A DNA stretch of 64,000 bases, taken from the NCBI GenBank assembly GCA_965222155.1, contig CBDCTH010000004.1, positions 224,001 to 288,000 on the forward strand, read 5' to 3'. Positions 19,398 through 29,242 of this stretch are shown one piece after another (within the stretch, counting starts at the first letter, position 1; each line of letters opens with the position of its first letter). The notes below the pieces were generated by a model, which was not told the origin of the DNA, made no database searches, and saw nothing but the letters and a program-made list of their open reading frames with translations. A program made the translations under genes and the position numbers. This DNA comes from Gammaproteobacteria bacterium. Its GTDB lineage: Bacteria > Pseudomonadota > Gammaproteobacteria > Eutrophobiales > Eutrophobiaceae.

Positions 19398-20161
19398 AGA
19401 AAATCCGGATTAACGCGGACGGCGTGCTGCGGGATGCCGCGCTTGATGGGCAAGGTCGTATCCTCATGGACGGCATGACCGTGGGGCTGGAAGAAACCAG
19501 CTTATTGCCCGTCACCGATCAACCCGTGATCTGCACCGCACTGAATTACACCTCCCATTACGCCCGGCATGAAGACGCTTTTCATCAACCACCGTACAAA
19601 AAACCGCCTCAGCAACCCGTATTTTTTATCAAGCCTCCAAATACGCTGGCGGGACACTTGAGCGAGGTGCCGTGCCCGGGCTACGTGGACCATATTTACA
19701 CCGGGGCGGGACTGGCTTTCGTGGTCGGCCGGATGGCTTCCCGCGTCAAACGGGAACAAGCGTTTGACCATGTCAGCGGTTATACCATCTTCAATGACTT
19801 CAGCCTTGCCGAGGACAGTTATTTCAGGCCGCCCATCACCAGCAAGTGCCTTGACGGGTCCGGCCCGGTAGGGCCATATATCGTTGACCGGGAGGAAGTC
19901 ACCAACCTCCATAATCTCACAATAAAAACAGTTGTGAACGGGGAGTTAAGGCAAGCGGCCTCCAGCGCAGACCTGAGGCTCGATATCCCCACCATTATCG
20001 AAGCCCTGACCGAATTTATGACCCTGCAGCCAGGCATGGTTGTGGTGAGCGGGTTTCCCGCCGAGCGTATTGCAGTAAAACCGGGAGATCAAGTCATGGT
20101 CGAGATCGAGCAGATCGGTTCGCTGGTGAACCGGATAGTTAACGACTCGAATGAACAGTGA
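19394..20161 (+). CDS. hpaG: HpaG N-terminal-type FAH subunit
   Basis: PPYKKPPQQPVFFIKPPNT, YFRPPITSKCLDG. Confidence 0.85.
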   Translation: MKKIRINADGVLRDAALDGQGRILMDGMTVGLEETSLLPVTDQPVICTALNYTSHYARHEDAFHQPPYKKPPQQPVFFIKPPNTLAGHLSEVPCPGYVDHIYTGAGLAFVVGRMASRVKREQAFDHVSGYTIFNDFSLAEDSYFRPPITSKCLDGSGPVGPYIVDREEVTNLHNLTIKTVVNGELRQAASSADLRLDIPTIIEALTEFMTLQPGMVVVSGFPAERIAVKPGDQVMVEIEQIGSLVNRIVNDSNEQ

Positions 20162-20388
20162 GACAGGTTAGGATGGCATTTTTAAGACACGCTGTGAATA
20201 CATCCATGTACGTTCATTGCGCCCATCCCCCTGCTCAACTCCATACAGAGCTTGCCCCTGCGGTTGTAAGCAGGGGGGCAGGCTCTGGGCGCAACCCTTC
20301 GGGTGGCTTACGCTGTGCAAATCGTCATTTGCACAGCGTAAGCCGTCCCTGGCTGGCGACGGTCTTAAAAATGCCATCCCAACCTGTC
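20162..20388. mobile_element. MITE with about 27-bp TIRs containing doubly nested mini-hairpins
   Basis: GACAGGTTAGGATGGCATTTTTAAGAC / GTCTTAAAAATGCCATCCCAACCTGTC. Confidence 0.8.
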
Positions 20389-20422
20389 AACGTGCTGTTA
20401 GGTATGCGTTGTTATTAATTAT

Positions 20423-21205
20423 ATGAAAACAGCAAGGGTAAGAATCGATAACCGGATACACCAGGTCAGCGTGAATGACGATTACAGCGTCATCAGCGCG
20501 GATGGCAGGACCTGGCAGGAGGATGATGTGACATGGCTGCCACCGGAACACGGCACTGTCTTCGCGCTGGGTTTGAATTACGTGGACCATGCGGCTGAAC
20601 TGTCATTTAAAGCGCCAGAGGAACCCTTGCTGTTCTTGAAAACGCCAAACACCTTTGTCGGGCACAGGCAGCGCAGCTACCGGCCTGATAATGTCGATTA
20701 TATGCACTATGAGGCGGAACTGGTCGTGGTGATCGGTAAAACGGCCCGTAAGGTGAAACAACGGGATGCCATGGATTACGTGGGCGGATATACCTTGTGT
20801 AATGATTACGCGGTGCGGGATTACCTGGAAAATTATTATCGGCCGAACCTGCGGGTTAAATGTCATGATTCCCTGTCCCCCCTGGGGCCGTATATCGTCG
20901 ACAGGGATGATATTGACGACCCCCATGATTTGAGGCTCCGTACCCAGGTCAACGGCGAGTTGCGCCAGGAGGGGAGCACACGGGACATGGTATTCAGAAT
21001 TCCTTTTTTGATCGAATACCTGTCGGCATTCATGACCCTGCAGCCGGGCGACATGATTTCAACCGGCACACCGAAAGGGCTTGCTGACGTGCAACCGGGC
21101 GATGAAGTGGTGATAGAAGTTGAACAGGTGGGCCGATTGATCAATTATGTGATCAGCGAGCAGGAATATTATGCAGGATCAGACAATCATGAGCGGACAA
21201 TTTAA
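20423..21205 (+). CDS. hpaG: HpaG C-terminal-type FAH subunit (isomerase/decarboxylase)
   Basis: FALGLNY, MHYEAEL, RDYLENYYRPNLRVK, TGTPKG. Confidence 0.9.
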   Translation: MKTARVRIDNRIHQVSVNDDYSVISADGRTWQEDDVTWLPPEHGTVFALGLNYVDHAAELSFKAPEEPLLFLKTPNTFVGHRQRSYRPDNVDYMHYEAELVVVIGKTARKVKQRDAMDYVGGYTLCNDYAVRDYLENYYRPNLRVKCHDSLSPLGPYIVDRDDIDDPHDLRLRTQVNGELRQEGSTRDMVFRIPFLIEYLSAFMTLQPGDMISTGTPKGLADVQPGDEVVIEVEQVGRLINYVISEQEYYAGSDNHERTI

Positions 21206-22709
21206 AGAAAACGTTAAAAAGGCTGAGAGCTATTTAAAACGTTTCAAGGATAACGTGACGGCTCATCATGTGAACGGGGAAGCCTGCCGGGGCGATTCAG
21301 GTAAAACTTTTGAAAATCTGACGCCGGTGGATAATACGCCGATCGGCGCCATTGCCGAAGGTTCAGCCAGCGATATTGATCTTGCCTGCCGCGCGGCCCG
21401 GGACGCGTTTCCCGACTGGTCCCGTAGCCCCGCCAAACAGCGCAGGAAAATCCTCAACCACTTTGCCGACCTGGTCGAACAGCGGGCGGAGGAGATCGCC
21501 CTGGTGGAAAGCATGGATTGTGGTCAGCCGATTCGCTTCATGCGGGCGGCCGCGGCGCGCGGCGCGGAGAATTTTCGTTTCTTTGCCGATAAGGCCCCGG
21601 AGGCGGGCAACGGCCTGTCATTGCACCAGGATGAGCACCTGAATTATACAAAGCGCACACCGATCGGCCCGGTAGGCGTGATCACGCCGTGGAACACGCC
21701 GTTCATGTTGTCCACCTGGAAGATCGCGCCGGCCCTGGCGGCCGGATGTACCGTTATGCACAAGCCGGCCGAATTCAGTCCCCTGTCGGCCATGATCCTG
21801 GCGGAAATAAGCAAGGAGGCCGGTTTGCCGGACGGAGTATGGAACACCGTTAACGGGTTCGGTGAGATCGCAGGGAAAGCATTGACCGAGCATCCCGCCA
21901 TCAAGGCCATCGGCTTTGTGGGGGAAACGCTGACCGGTACCCGTATCATGAGTCAGGGATCGGCCACCCTGAAAAGAATACACGTCGAACTGGGGGGCAA
22001 GAACCCCGTCATCGTCTTCGATGACGCGGATTTCGATCGCGCCCTGGATGCCGTGGTGTTCATGATCTACAGCCTGAACGGACAGCGCTGTACCTCCAGC
22101 AGCCGCCTGTTGATACAACGCGATATTGCTGATCGGTTTCTGGCTGCGTTGGAACAGCGGGTCAACAAGATCAAGGTGGGTCACCCGCTGGACCCGGCTA
22201 CGGAGATTGGACCGTTGATTCATTCGAGCCACCTGGAAAAGGTGATGAGTTACGTGGATGCGGCGCGTCAGGAACACGCTTCGCTTGCCGCGGGAGGTGT
22301 ATTGGTGAGTGATCTCGGCCCCGGCAATTATCTCCGGCCCACCTTGTTTACCGATGCCACGAACGACATGAAGATTGCGCGGGAAGAGATATTCGGCCCG
22401 GTGCTGACGGCGATTCCCTTTGCCACGGAACAGGAGGCAGTAACCCTGGCCAACGATACCCCGTATGGTCTGGCGGGTTACGTCTGGACCAATGACGCCG
22501 GCCGCGGGATTCGCATGGCGGAGGCCCTGGAAGCCGGTATGGTCTGGGTGAATTCGGAGAATAACCGCAACCTGCCTTCGCCCTTCGGCGGCATGAAGCA
22601 AAGCGGCATAGGCCGCGATGGCGGCGACTACAGTTTTGATTTTTACATGGAAACCAAAAACGTGTGTATAGCTCATGGTACGCACAGAATCCCGGTTTTG
22701 GGGAGGTAA
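21189..22709 (+). CDS. hpaE: 5-carboxymethyl-2-hydroxymuconate semialdehyde dehydrogenase
   Basis: ITPWNTPFMLSTWK, ELGGKNP, YSLNGQRCTSSSR, EEIFGPV. Confidence 0.93.
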   Translation: MSGQFKENVKKAESYLKRFKDNVTAHHVNGEACRGDSGKTFENLTPVDNTPIGAIAEGSASDIDLACRAARDAFPDWSRSPAKQRRKILNHFADLVEQRAEEIALVESMDCGQPIRFMRAAAARGAENFRFFADKAPEAGNGLSLHQDEHLNYTKRTPIGPVGVITPWNTPFMLSTWKIAPALAAGCTVMHKPAEFSPLSAMILAEISKEAGLPDGVWNTVNGFGEIAGKALTEHPAIKAIGFVGETLTGTRIMSQGSATLKRIHVELGGKNPVIVFDDADFDRALDAVVFMIYSLNGQRCTSSSRLLIQRDIADRFLAALEQRVNKIKVGHPLDPATEIGPLIHSSHLEKVMSYVDAARQEHASLAAGGVLVSDLGPGNYLRPTLFTDATNDMKIAREEIFGPVLTAIPFATEQEAVTLANDTPYGLAGYVWTNDAGRGIRMAEALEAGMVWVNSENNRNLPSPFGGMKQSGIGRDGGDYSFDFYMETKNVCIAHGTHRIPVLGR

Positions 22710-22782
22710 TGAGGCATGTGTCATACCGGACAGGGATTGTCCGGTATCCAATAACAGGGATGTGCTTGCAGGGGAGGAAAGA

Positions 22783-23631
22783 ATGGGTGAAATCGTATTA
22801 GCCGCGAAAATAACGCATGTGCCGTCCATGTACCTGTCGGAAATGCCCGGTCCTCACCAGGGTTGCCGGGAGGACGCCATTGAAGGCCACCGTGAGCTCA
22901 GTCGCCGCGCCCGGGAGCGGGGCGCGGATACGGCGCTTGTATTCGACGTGCACTGGCTGGTGAACAGCGGTTACCACATCAACAGCGGCGAGCATTTCGA
23001 AGGGGTGTATACCAGCCATGAGCTGCCCCACTTCATCAAGGACATGGCCTATGAGTATGACGGCAACCCCGCTCTGGGCGACCTGATTGCCGAGTGCGCC
23101 AATGCCCGGGGGATCAATACCCGTTCACACCACATTGAGAGTCTGGCCCTTGAGTACGGCACCCTGGTGCCGATGCGCTACATGAACCGGGACCGGCACT
23201 TCAAGGTGGTATCGGTTGCGGCCTGGTGCGCCTGGCACGACCTGAACGATTCCAGGATCTTCGGCGAGGCGGTGAAAACCGCCATCGAAAAAAGTGACAG
23301 CAAGGTCATGGTATTGGCCAGCGGGTCCTTGTCCCACCGTTTCAACGACAACTCCAACGCCGGCGACAGGATATTCCAGATCAGCGACGAATTTTACCAG
23401 CAGATGGACCTGCGCGTGGTGGATTTATGGAAACAGGGAGATTTCAAGACGTTTACGGAGATGTTCCACGAGTACGCCTACCGCTGTCATGGCGAGGGCT
23501 GGATGCATGATACCGCGATGCTGCTGGGCCTGCTGGGCTGGGATGCCTATGACAAGCCGGTGGAAGTCATCAGTGATTATTTTCCCAGTTCCGGCACCGG
23601 CCAGATCAATGCGGAATTTCCGGTAAACTGA
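22783..23631 (+). CDS. hpaD: 3,4-dihydroxyphenylacetate 2,3-dioxygenase
   Basis: AAKITHVPSMYLSE, HWLVN, LEYGTLVPMRYMN, SGSLSHRF. Confidence 0.95.
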   Translation: MGEIVLAAKITHVPSMYLSEMPGPHQGCREDAIEGHRELSRRARERGADTALVFDVHWLVNSGYHINSGEHFEGVYTSHELPHFIKDMAYEYDGNPALGDLIAECANARGINTRSHHIESLALEYGTLVPMRYMNRDRHFKVVSVAAWCAWHDLNDSRIFGEAVKTAIEKSDSKVMVLASGSLSHRFNDNSNAGDRIFQISDEFYQQMDLRVVDLWKQGDFKTFTEMFHEYAYRCHGEGWMHDTAMLLGLLGWDAYDKPVEVISDYFPSSGTGQINAEFPVN

Positions 23632-23654
23632 TTTGAACAAGACCGGAGCGTGAT

Positions 23655-24056
23655 ATGCCCCATTTCATCCTGGAATATTCAGCCAATATCAAAGACGACC
23701 TGGACCTGGACGGTTTATTCAAGGCCCTGCATGAAACCGCCCTGGGAACGGGCGTCTTTCCCCTGGGCGGCATCCGGTTTCGCGCCGTCCGTTGTGATGA
23801 TTACCTGATCGCAGACGCCGATGCGCAAAACGCTTTTGTGCATTTAACCGCCAAGATAGGTCGTCGGCGGGAGCCTGATGTCAGGCAGGTTGTTGCAGAG
23901 AAGATATTCAATACCCTGGTCGGGTATCTGGATGCCCTTTACCAGCAACGGCCTTTGGCCATCTCTTTTGAACTGACCGAACTGACCATGGGGCTGAGTT
24001 TCAGAAAGAACAACATCCACGAGAAGATAAAGCAGGGATATTTGGGGTCAGAGTAA
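23655..24056 (+). CDS. hpaF: 5-carboxymethyl-2-hydroxymuconate isomerase
   Basis: N-terminal Pro MPHFILEYSAN, FPLGGIRFRA, KNNIH. Confidence 0.92.
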   Translation: MPHFILEYSANIKDDLDLDGLFKALHETALGTGVFPLGGIRFRAVRCDDYLIADADAQNAFVHLTAKIGRRREPDVRQVVAEKIFNTLVGYLDALYQQRPLAISFELTELTMGLSFRKNNIHEKIKQGYLGSE

Positions 24057-24116
24057 AAATACAGTCAGTTTGGCAAGTGCTAGTGGCTTGTTGTAGAGTA
24101 TTTTTACTCTGACCCC
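24043..24116. repeat. REPIN-like element supplying the hpaF 3' end
   Basis: GGGGTCAGAGTAAAAATAC...GTATTTTTACTCTGACCCC inverted ends. Confidence 0.75.
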
Positions 24117-24147
24117 AGATATCCTTACCCGATTAATACAAATCGAT

Positions 24148-24882
24148 ATGTCGTTGATTGAACCGGTAGCAATCCTGATCGTATTCGGGTCGTTTTTCGC
24201 ATCGTTCATCAGCGCGACCTTTGCGGTGGGGGGCGGCTTCATCATGCTTGCCATCCTCTCAAGCGCATTGCCGATTACCTCGGCGGTGCCGTTGCACAGC
24301 TGGATGATGCTGGGCCTGTCACTGGGCAGGTTCTGGTATTTCCGTAAAGAAATAAACTGGCAGATCGTGATACCGTTTATACTGGGCGCCTGTATCGGTG
24401 TGTTTGCCGGGGGCCGGGTCTATTTTGATCTATCGGAATTTCTGCTGAGCCTGGTCATCGGCGTCCTGATCCTGGGCGCGGTCTGGATGCCGCAACAGGT
24501 AAGGTGGGGGTCGCAGCTTCCCACGCCGTTTTTCTGGGTCGGCATTATTCATTCTTTCATTTCAACCCTGTTTTCATTCGGCGGTTTGTTTCAGCCCCTG
24601 ATGCTGCGCGCGGCATTATCCAAGCTGCAAATCGTGGGGACGCTTTCAGCAGGCCTGTTGCTCATGAATATTCTCAAGCTGAGCGCGTACAGTTATTACG
24701 GGTTTGATTACAGCCGCTATTACAGCGTTATCCTTGCTGCCGTTCTTGTTGCTATCCCCGGCGCATTCCTGGGGAAAAAGGTGTTGCATCAAATCCCCGA
24801 AGACAAATTCAGGCTTATATTCAAGATCATCATGACATGCTTTGCCTTGAGATTATTCTACCGGGCCTGGATTCTCCTCTGA
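24148..24882 (+). CDS. TauE/SafE sulfite exporter family membrane protein
   Basis: About 8 TM segments; FAVGGG motif. Confidence 0.8.
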   Translation: MSLIEPVAILIVFGSFFASFISATFAVGGGFIMLAILSSALPITSAVPLHSWMMLGLSLGRFWYFRKEINWQIVIPFILGACIGVFAGGRVYFDLSEFLLSLVIGVLILGAVWMPQQVRWGSQLPTPFFWVGIIHSFISTLFSFGGLFQPLMLRAALSKLQIVGTLSAGLLLMNILKLSAYSYYGFDYSRYYSVILAAVLVAIPGAFLGKKVLHQIPEDKFRLIFKIIMTCFALRLFYRAWILL

Positions 24883-24932
24883 GGGACTCAACGCATTCAG
24901 TAATCGTGTTATCGGGGGGCATATTTCCCTCC

Positions 24933-25931
24933 TTAAATCACAGTAATCTGGCTCGATTTACAACTCACCCATACCGAGTCGCCAAGTTGCAGGCCCAGCT
25001 CTTCCAGTGCCCTCCTGGTAATCACGACGTTGAACATCACGTCCGATTTGATCTTCAGGTGAATCTCTCCATTGACCGAGCTCATTATTGTGACCGTACC
25101 GAAAAAGTTGTTGCGCATGCTGGATGACAGGCGCTCCGTGGAAATAACGAGATGCCTGGGATCGATGAACAGTTTATGGCCTGATTTGACGCTTTCCGGC
25201 ACCATGAACCGCGCCTTGCCGCTGATGAACGTGCTGTCATTCACGTCCACAGTCCCGCTGAACAGGTTCCCGGATGAAACCGGATAGGCCCGGCCATTGA
25301 TCAGGTTGAGAGTATTATCGGACAATGACTGCGCCCGCAGCCGGTCATGGGTGCTGAAGATTATCGTTTTCGCCTGATCCGCCCGTTGCCCGGCTATCCA
25401 GTCTTCGATTTCATGGACGGTGACTTCATCCAGGTAGGTGAACGGTTCATCCATGATAATCACCTCAGGTTGCAGCGCCAGGGCCCGGGCCAGCGCCACC
25501 TTTTGTATCTCACCCCCGGATAACCTGCCGGCGTCACGATCCAGCAGCGCGCCCAGACCTAGTTCATCGGCAAGGGTGTCAACGGCAGCATTGATAACAG
25601 TGTGCTGTTCGCCGCGGAATTTCAGTCCCAGACCGATGTTATCCCTGACGGACATTTTCATCAGGTAGGGTTTTTGCTGTACGTAGCCGACCTGGCGCCG
25701 CAGCAGGGCGCTGTTCATCCCTGAAGTGGGCTCGCCGCGGAACAGTATACTGCCCACATCGGGTTGTCGCAGGAAGGCCAGTATGTCGAACAGCGTGCTT
25801 TTACCGGAGCCGTTAGGTCCGACTACTGCCGTTACCCGATTGCGATCGATATGAAGTTCCTCCAGTTCCAGTACTTTCCGTTTTGAGTAGGAGAATGCCA
25901 GACCGGAGATTTGATACAGGCCTTCCATCAA
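24933..25931 (-). CDS. tupC: Tungstate/molybdate ABC ATP-binding subunit with TOBE domain
   Basis: GPNGSGKST, LSGGE, MDEP, SSMRN-TOBE. Confidence 0.82.
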   Translation of the reverse strand: MMEGLYQISGLAFSYSKRKVLELEELHIDRNRVTAVVGPNGSGKSTLFDILAFLRQPDVGSILFRGEPTSGMNSALLRRQVGYVQQKPYLMKMSVRDNIGLGLKFRGEQHTVINAAVDTLADELGLGALLDRDAGRLSGGEIQKVALARALALQPEVIIMDEPFTYLDEVTVHEIEDWIAGQRADQAKTIIFSTHDRLRAQSLSDNTLNLINGRAYPVSSGNLFSGTVDVNDSTFISGKARFMVPESVKSGHKLFIDPRHLVISTERLSSSMRNNFFGTVTIMSSVNGEIHLKIKSDVMFNVVITRRALEELGLQLGDSVWVSCKSSQITVI

Positions 25932-26617
25932 CCCATGGACTGGAAACGTTGCACGATGAAATTCACCAGGAAGGCCGTAACCAGTAATAATATTCCCAGA
26001 GCCAGGGCGAACTCGAATTCACCTTTGCTGGCCTCCAATGCGATTGCCGTCGTCATGGTGCGGGTAAAACCTTCTATGTTGCCCCCCAGCATCATGGCAA
26101 TGCCTACCTCGCCTATAGCTCGGCCGAAGCCGGCCACCAGGGCGGCCGCCAGGGCAAACTTCACTTCGTTCAGGTACATTGCCCCCTGCTGCAGGGTGGA
26201 TGCGCCCAGGGCCTGGCTGGTGGGCAGCAGGCGCGGGTCGGCGCTGGATGCCGCGGCGATGGAGAGGTTCCAGATTATGGGCAATATCAACAATGTCTGG
26301 CCGATGATGATGGCACCGGTCGTATACAGCAGCCCCAGGTCGCCCAGGACCCCCTTCCGGGTCAGCAGGCCGTATAACAGCAGGCCCACCACCACCGTCG
26401 GCAGGGCCATCAGGGTATTCAGTACCTGTTGCAGCAGGCGCTTGCCGGGAAAGTCCCGCAATACGACCAGGATACCCAGGGGGATCCCTGCCAGCGCGGC
26501 CAGCGTGACCGCAACCATGGAAATGTGTAACGAGGTCCAGACTACCGTATAGACTTCCCGGTCAAAACTGAATATGAGCGTCAAGGCAGCGCTGGTCGCC
26601 GCGGAAAAATAGTCCAT
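25928..26617 (-). CDS. tupB: Tungstate ABC permease
   Basis: NTLMALPTVVVGL, FGRAIGEVG, GGNIEGFTRTMTTAIALE. Confidence 0.88.
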   Translation of the reverse strand: MDYFSAATSAALTLIFSFDREVYTVVWTSLHISMVAVTLAALAGIPLGILVVLRDFPGKRLLQQVLNTLMALPTVVVGLLLYGLLTRKGVLGDLGLLYTTGAIIIGQTLLILPIIWNLSIAAASSADPRLLPTSQALGASTLQQGAMYLNEVKFALAAALVAGFGRAIGEVGIAMMLGGNIEGFTRTMTTAIALEASKGEFEFALALGILLLVTAFLVNFIVQRFQSMG

Positions 26618-26703
26618 GTGATAGGATTATACACCCATCTATCGACAGCATTCGGACCCGACCCGGAGGTCTGGTTCGGTATACAGAGGGAGAACGTGAT
26701 TCT

Positions 26704-26822
26704 GCAGCAGTTCCCGCTAACTCTAGGGATCGAGGGCATCCTGCCCTCGTGGAGGGCGAGACGCCCTCCCTCCCAGGGAAACAGGCCCCGTGACTCCTGG
26801 GGACAGATTTAAATCTGTCCCC
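26704..26822. repeat. Composite REP-like repeat copy
   Basis: Matches 870-985 and 13680-13795. Confidence 0.85.
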
Positions 26823-26967
26823 TGTGTCTTGTTGACATCGATTTAGCGGTAACACCTGAAATAACTACTGGATCGTGGATTTTAGGAAAGAAGGCGGTAT
26901 ATACTTCTCCGTATACTGTACATATTGAGAGAGTAATGTCAGCCAGTATTATAAAAGAAGGCTTCTG

Positions 26968-28059
26968 TTGTATACGAGCCGGGAGATTCCCTTGAGTAAC
27001 AGTATAACCGTAAATGAAGAAGTCGAGCGTGTGAGGGCGATGGAGAATGCTGCCGGTTTAAACGAAAGGACAACGCAAACGGCTATTGTCCTGCCAATCT
27101 TCAGGGCGCTAGGTTGGAATACGGCTGACCCTGATGAAGTTACCTTTGAACAACCGGTTGCGGGACACCTGAGAGGTAGCGTAGACATTGTCTTAATTTC
27201 AAGGGAAAAGCCACTGGTGCTCATTGAAACAAAAGCGCCGTCTCAAAGTCTGGACGCAGAAAAAAATCGAAACCAGTTGTTTGATTATTGCCGGATGATG
27301 GATGTATCTCTGGGTGTACTGACAAACGGCGTCGAATGGCGTTTTTATCTTGGCGGGGGAAGCGCGGAATTACATTTAGCGGAAGTGTTCGACCTCATCA
27401 AGGATCAGCCGCTGGAATGTGTTCTGAAGCTCGAGCGTCTTTTGAGTAGAGACAAGGTTTCGGATGAAGGCGCTTACACCTACGCGAAAAAGGCATGGTT
27501 CAGACGGACTTTGGTCCAGGCATGGGACAGGCTGCTCTCCAGTGGCGATAAAGGACTGAAATCACGGCTGAGAAAAGCAGTTAAAGAGTCAACCGGGGTG
27601 GATATACCCGGCTTGGAAGTTGAGGACTTTCTTAAGCAGCAAGCGATTTCATCGTCTGAACAGGTCCTGGTGGGACAGGAAAATGCCGAGCGAGCCAGCA
27701 CGCCACCACCTTCTCCGGACCCCGGTCGCAGTAAACACCCCAAGCCGACTCACGTAGTTGTATTTGGAAGACGAGTGGAAGTGAAAAGTTGGAAAGAAGC
27801 CATGCTGGTCTTTTTGTCTGAAGCATATAAGGACAATCCTGATTCGTTCCAGGCACTGGTGGAGCATCAGTCTTATCTTGTACAAAGTTCAGTGCCGCCC
27901 GGGAAGTTCAGGCGGGCGGTACAGATTGCACAATCAGATTTATGGATAAACGTGGATTATAACGGGAAAAACATGGTGAGGATTTGCCGTGATGTACAGA
28001 AATTACTGGGTCTGACCGAGGATACGCTGAACTTTTTTCACCAGGATAAACTGCTGTAG
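26968..28059 (+). CDS. HsdR-N-like PD-(D/E)xK nuclease with a C-terminal putative DNA-reader domain
   Basis: NERTTQ-LPIFRALGW-E-VDIVL-IETK-GVLTNGVEWRFY; Pro-rich linker; VFGRRVEVKSWKEAM C-domain; start uncertain. Confidence 0.72.
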   Translation: MYTSREIPLSNSITVNEEVERVRAMENAAGLNERTTQTAIVLPIFRALGWNTADPDEVTFEQPVAGHLRGSVDIVLISREKPLVLIETKAPSQSLDAEKNRNQLFDYCRMMDVSLGVLTNGVEWRFYLGGGSAELHLAEVFDLIKDQPLECVLKLERLLSRDKVSDEGAYTYAKKAWFRRTLVQAWDRLLSSGDKGLKSRLRKAVKESTGVDIPGLEVEDFLKQQAISSSEQVLVGQENAERASTPPPSPDPGRSKHPKPTHVVVFGRRVEVKSWKEAMLVFLSEAYKDNPDSFQALVEHQSYLVQSSVPPGKFRRAVQIAQSDLWINVDYNGKNMVRICRDVQKLLGLTEDTLNFFHQDKLL

Positions 28060-28061
28060 AA

Positions 28062-28268
28062 AGTTTAATCGAGAATTTCGGACAACCCGACGCCACCGCT
28101 TACCGCAATCCTACCGTTGCGGAGGCCATGAAAAATATGGGCTTTATGCAGCGGTTCGGAATCGGTATCGTTACGGCGAGGAAGGCGCTGGAAGAAAATG
28201 GCAATCCGCCGCCCGAATTCACAATAGAAGAGACCTTCATTTTCGTTAAGATAAAGAAACGACAATGA
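28062..28268 (+). pseudogene. C-terminal remnant of an AlbA_2/RecG-C (HATPase_c_4)-type protein
   Basis: ENFGQPDATAYRNPTVAEAMKNMGFMQRFGIGI-LEENGNPPPEF; stop overlaps the ParA ATG. Confidence 0.65.
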
Positions 28269-29242
28269 AGACTATCGCATTTTTCAACAACAAAGGCGGC
28301 GTGGGGAAGACCTCGCTAGTCTATCACCTTGCCTGGATGTTCAATGAACTGGGAGCGCGCGTCATCGCAGCCGACTTCGACCCCCAGGCCAATCTAAGTG
28401 GAATGTTTCTGAATGAAAGCAGGCTTGAGCAATTATGGGACAAGGAAAACGGGAAAACTGTGGATGGTGATATTGCCCCTTTATTCAAAAGGACGGGAGA
28501 CATTGCCACAGAACCTCACATTGAGCAGATTGGAGAGCGGATCGGCCTGCTAGTCGGCGACCTTGCCCTTTCCAACCGTGAAGGAGAACTTTCGGAGCAG
28601 TGGTCGAAGTGTCTGGATGGGAAAGAACGGGCTTTTCGCGTGACGACTGCCTTTGCGCGACTGATAGCCAGCGCACACGAGACGTTCGAGGCAGACCTGA
28701 CATTGATAGACGTCGGGCCGAACCTGGGGGCCATCAACCGCGCCGCGTTGATAGCCAGCGACCATGTGGTTATCCCGCTTGCACCCGACCTGTTCTCGCT
28801 ACAAGGCTTGGGGAACGTGGGGCCGACGTTGAAGGATTGGCGAACAGCATGGGGCAAACGCATTGAAGAAAAGCCGGAAGACTTGGACATCAATCTACCC
28901 GGGGGCAACATGAAACCGCTCGGCTATATCGTCATGCGACACTCCGCCAGGCTGGACCGTCCGGTAAAAGCATTTCTGAGATGGATTGCAAAGATTCCAG
29001 CAGAATACAGACGGGCTGTCCTGGCACATGACGATCCTGCGACACCGGCAATTGACGATGACGAATATCTCCTGGCGCACTTGAAAGATTACCGTTCACT
29101 TATGCCTATGGCACAGGAAGCGAACAAGCCCATGTTCATGCTGAAGCCGGCCGACGGCGTTATCGGCGCACAGCAAAATGCTGCCAGGAGTTGCTACAAC
29201 GATTTTCGCGCTCTGGCGAAAAAAATCATTCATAAGCTCTAG
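28265..29242 (+). CDS. Orphan ParA/Soj-family ATPase
   Basis: FNNKGGVGKT deviant Walker A, DFDPQANLS, IDVGPNLGAINR; no parB nearby. Confidence 0.88.
   Translation: MKTIAFFNNKGGVGKTSLVYHLAWMFNELGARVIAADFDPQANLSGMFLNESRLEQLWDKENGKTVDGDIAPLFKRTGDIATEPHIEQIGERIGLLVGDLALSNREGELSEQWSKCLDGKERAFRVTTAFARLIASAHETFEADLTLIDVGPNLGAINRAALIASDHVVIPLAPDLFSLQGLGNVGPTLKDWRTAWGKRIEEKPEDLDINLPGGNMKPLGYIVMRHSARLDRPVKAFLRWIAKIPAEYRRAVLAHDDPATPAIDDDEYLLAHLKDYRSLMPMAQEANKPMFMLKPADGVIGAQQNAARSCYNDFRALAKKIIHKL

Noticed and set aside
20158-20426. Short ORFs within repeats (also 747-974, 1159-1413, 29285-29710, 49099-49317, 56167-56538)
   Set aside because: Translations of MITE/REP sequence; the same peptides recur wherever the repeat occurs.
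21618-22829. 403-aa antisense ORF and similar long shadow ORFs (46223-47011, 60371-61060, 44611-45258)
   Set aside because: Opposite well-supported genes; expected in GC-rich coding DNA.
28265-29242. Plasmid or chromosome partition locus
   Set aside because: No parB, parS or rep gene; the context is nuclease/defence-like.
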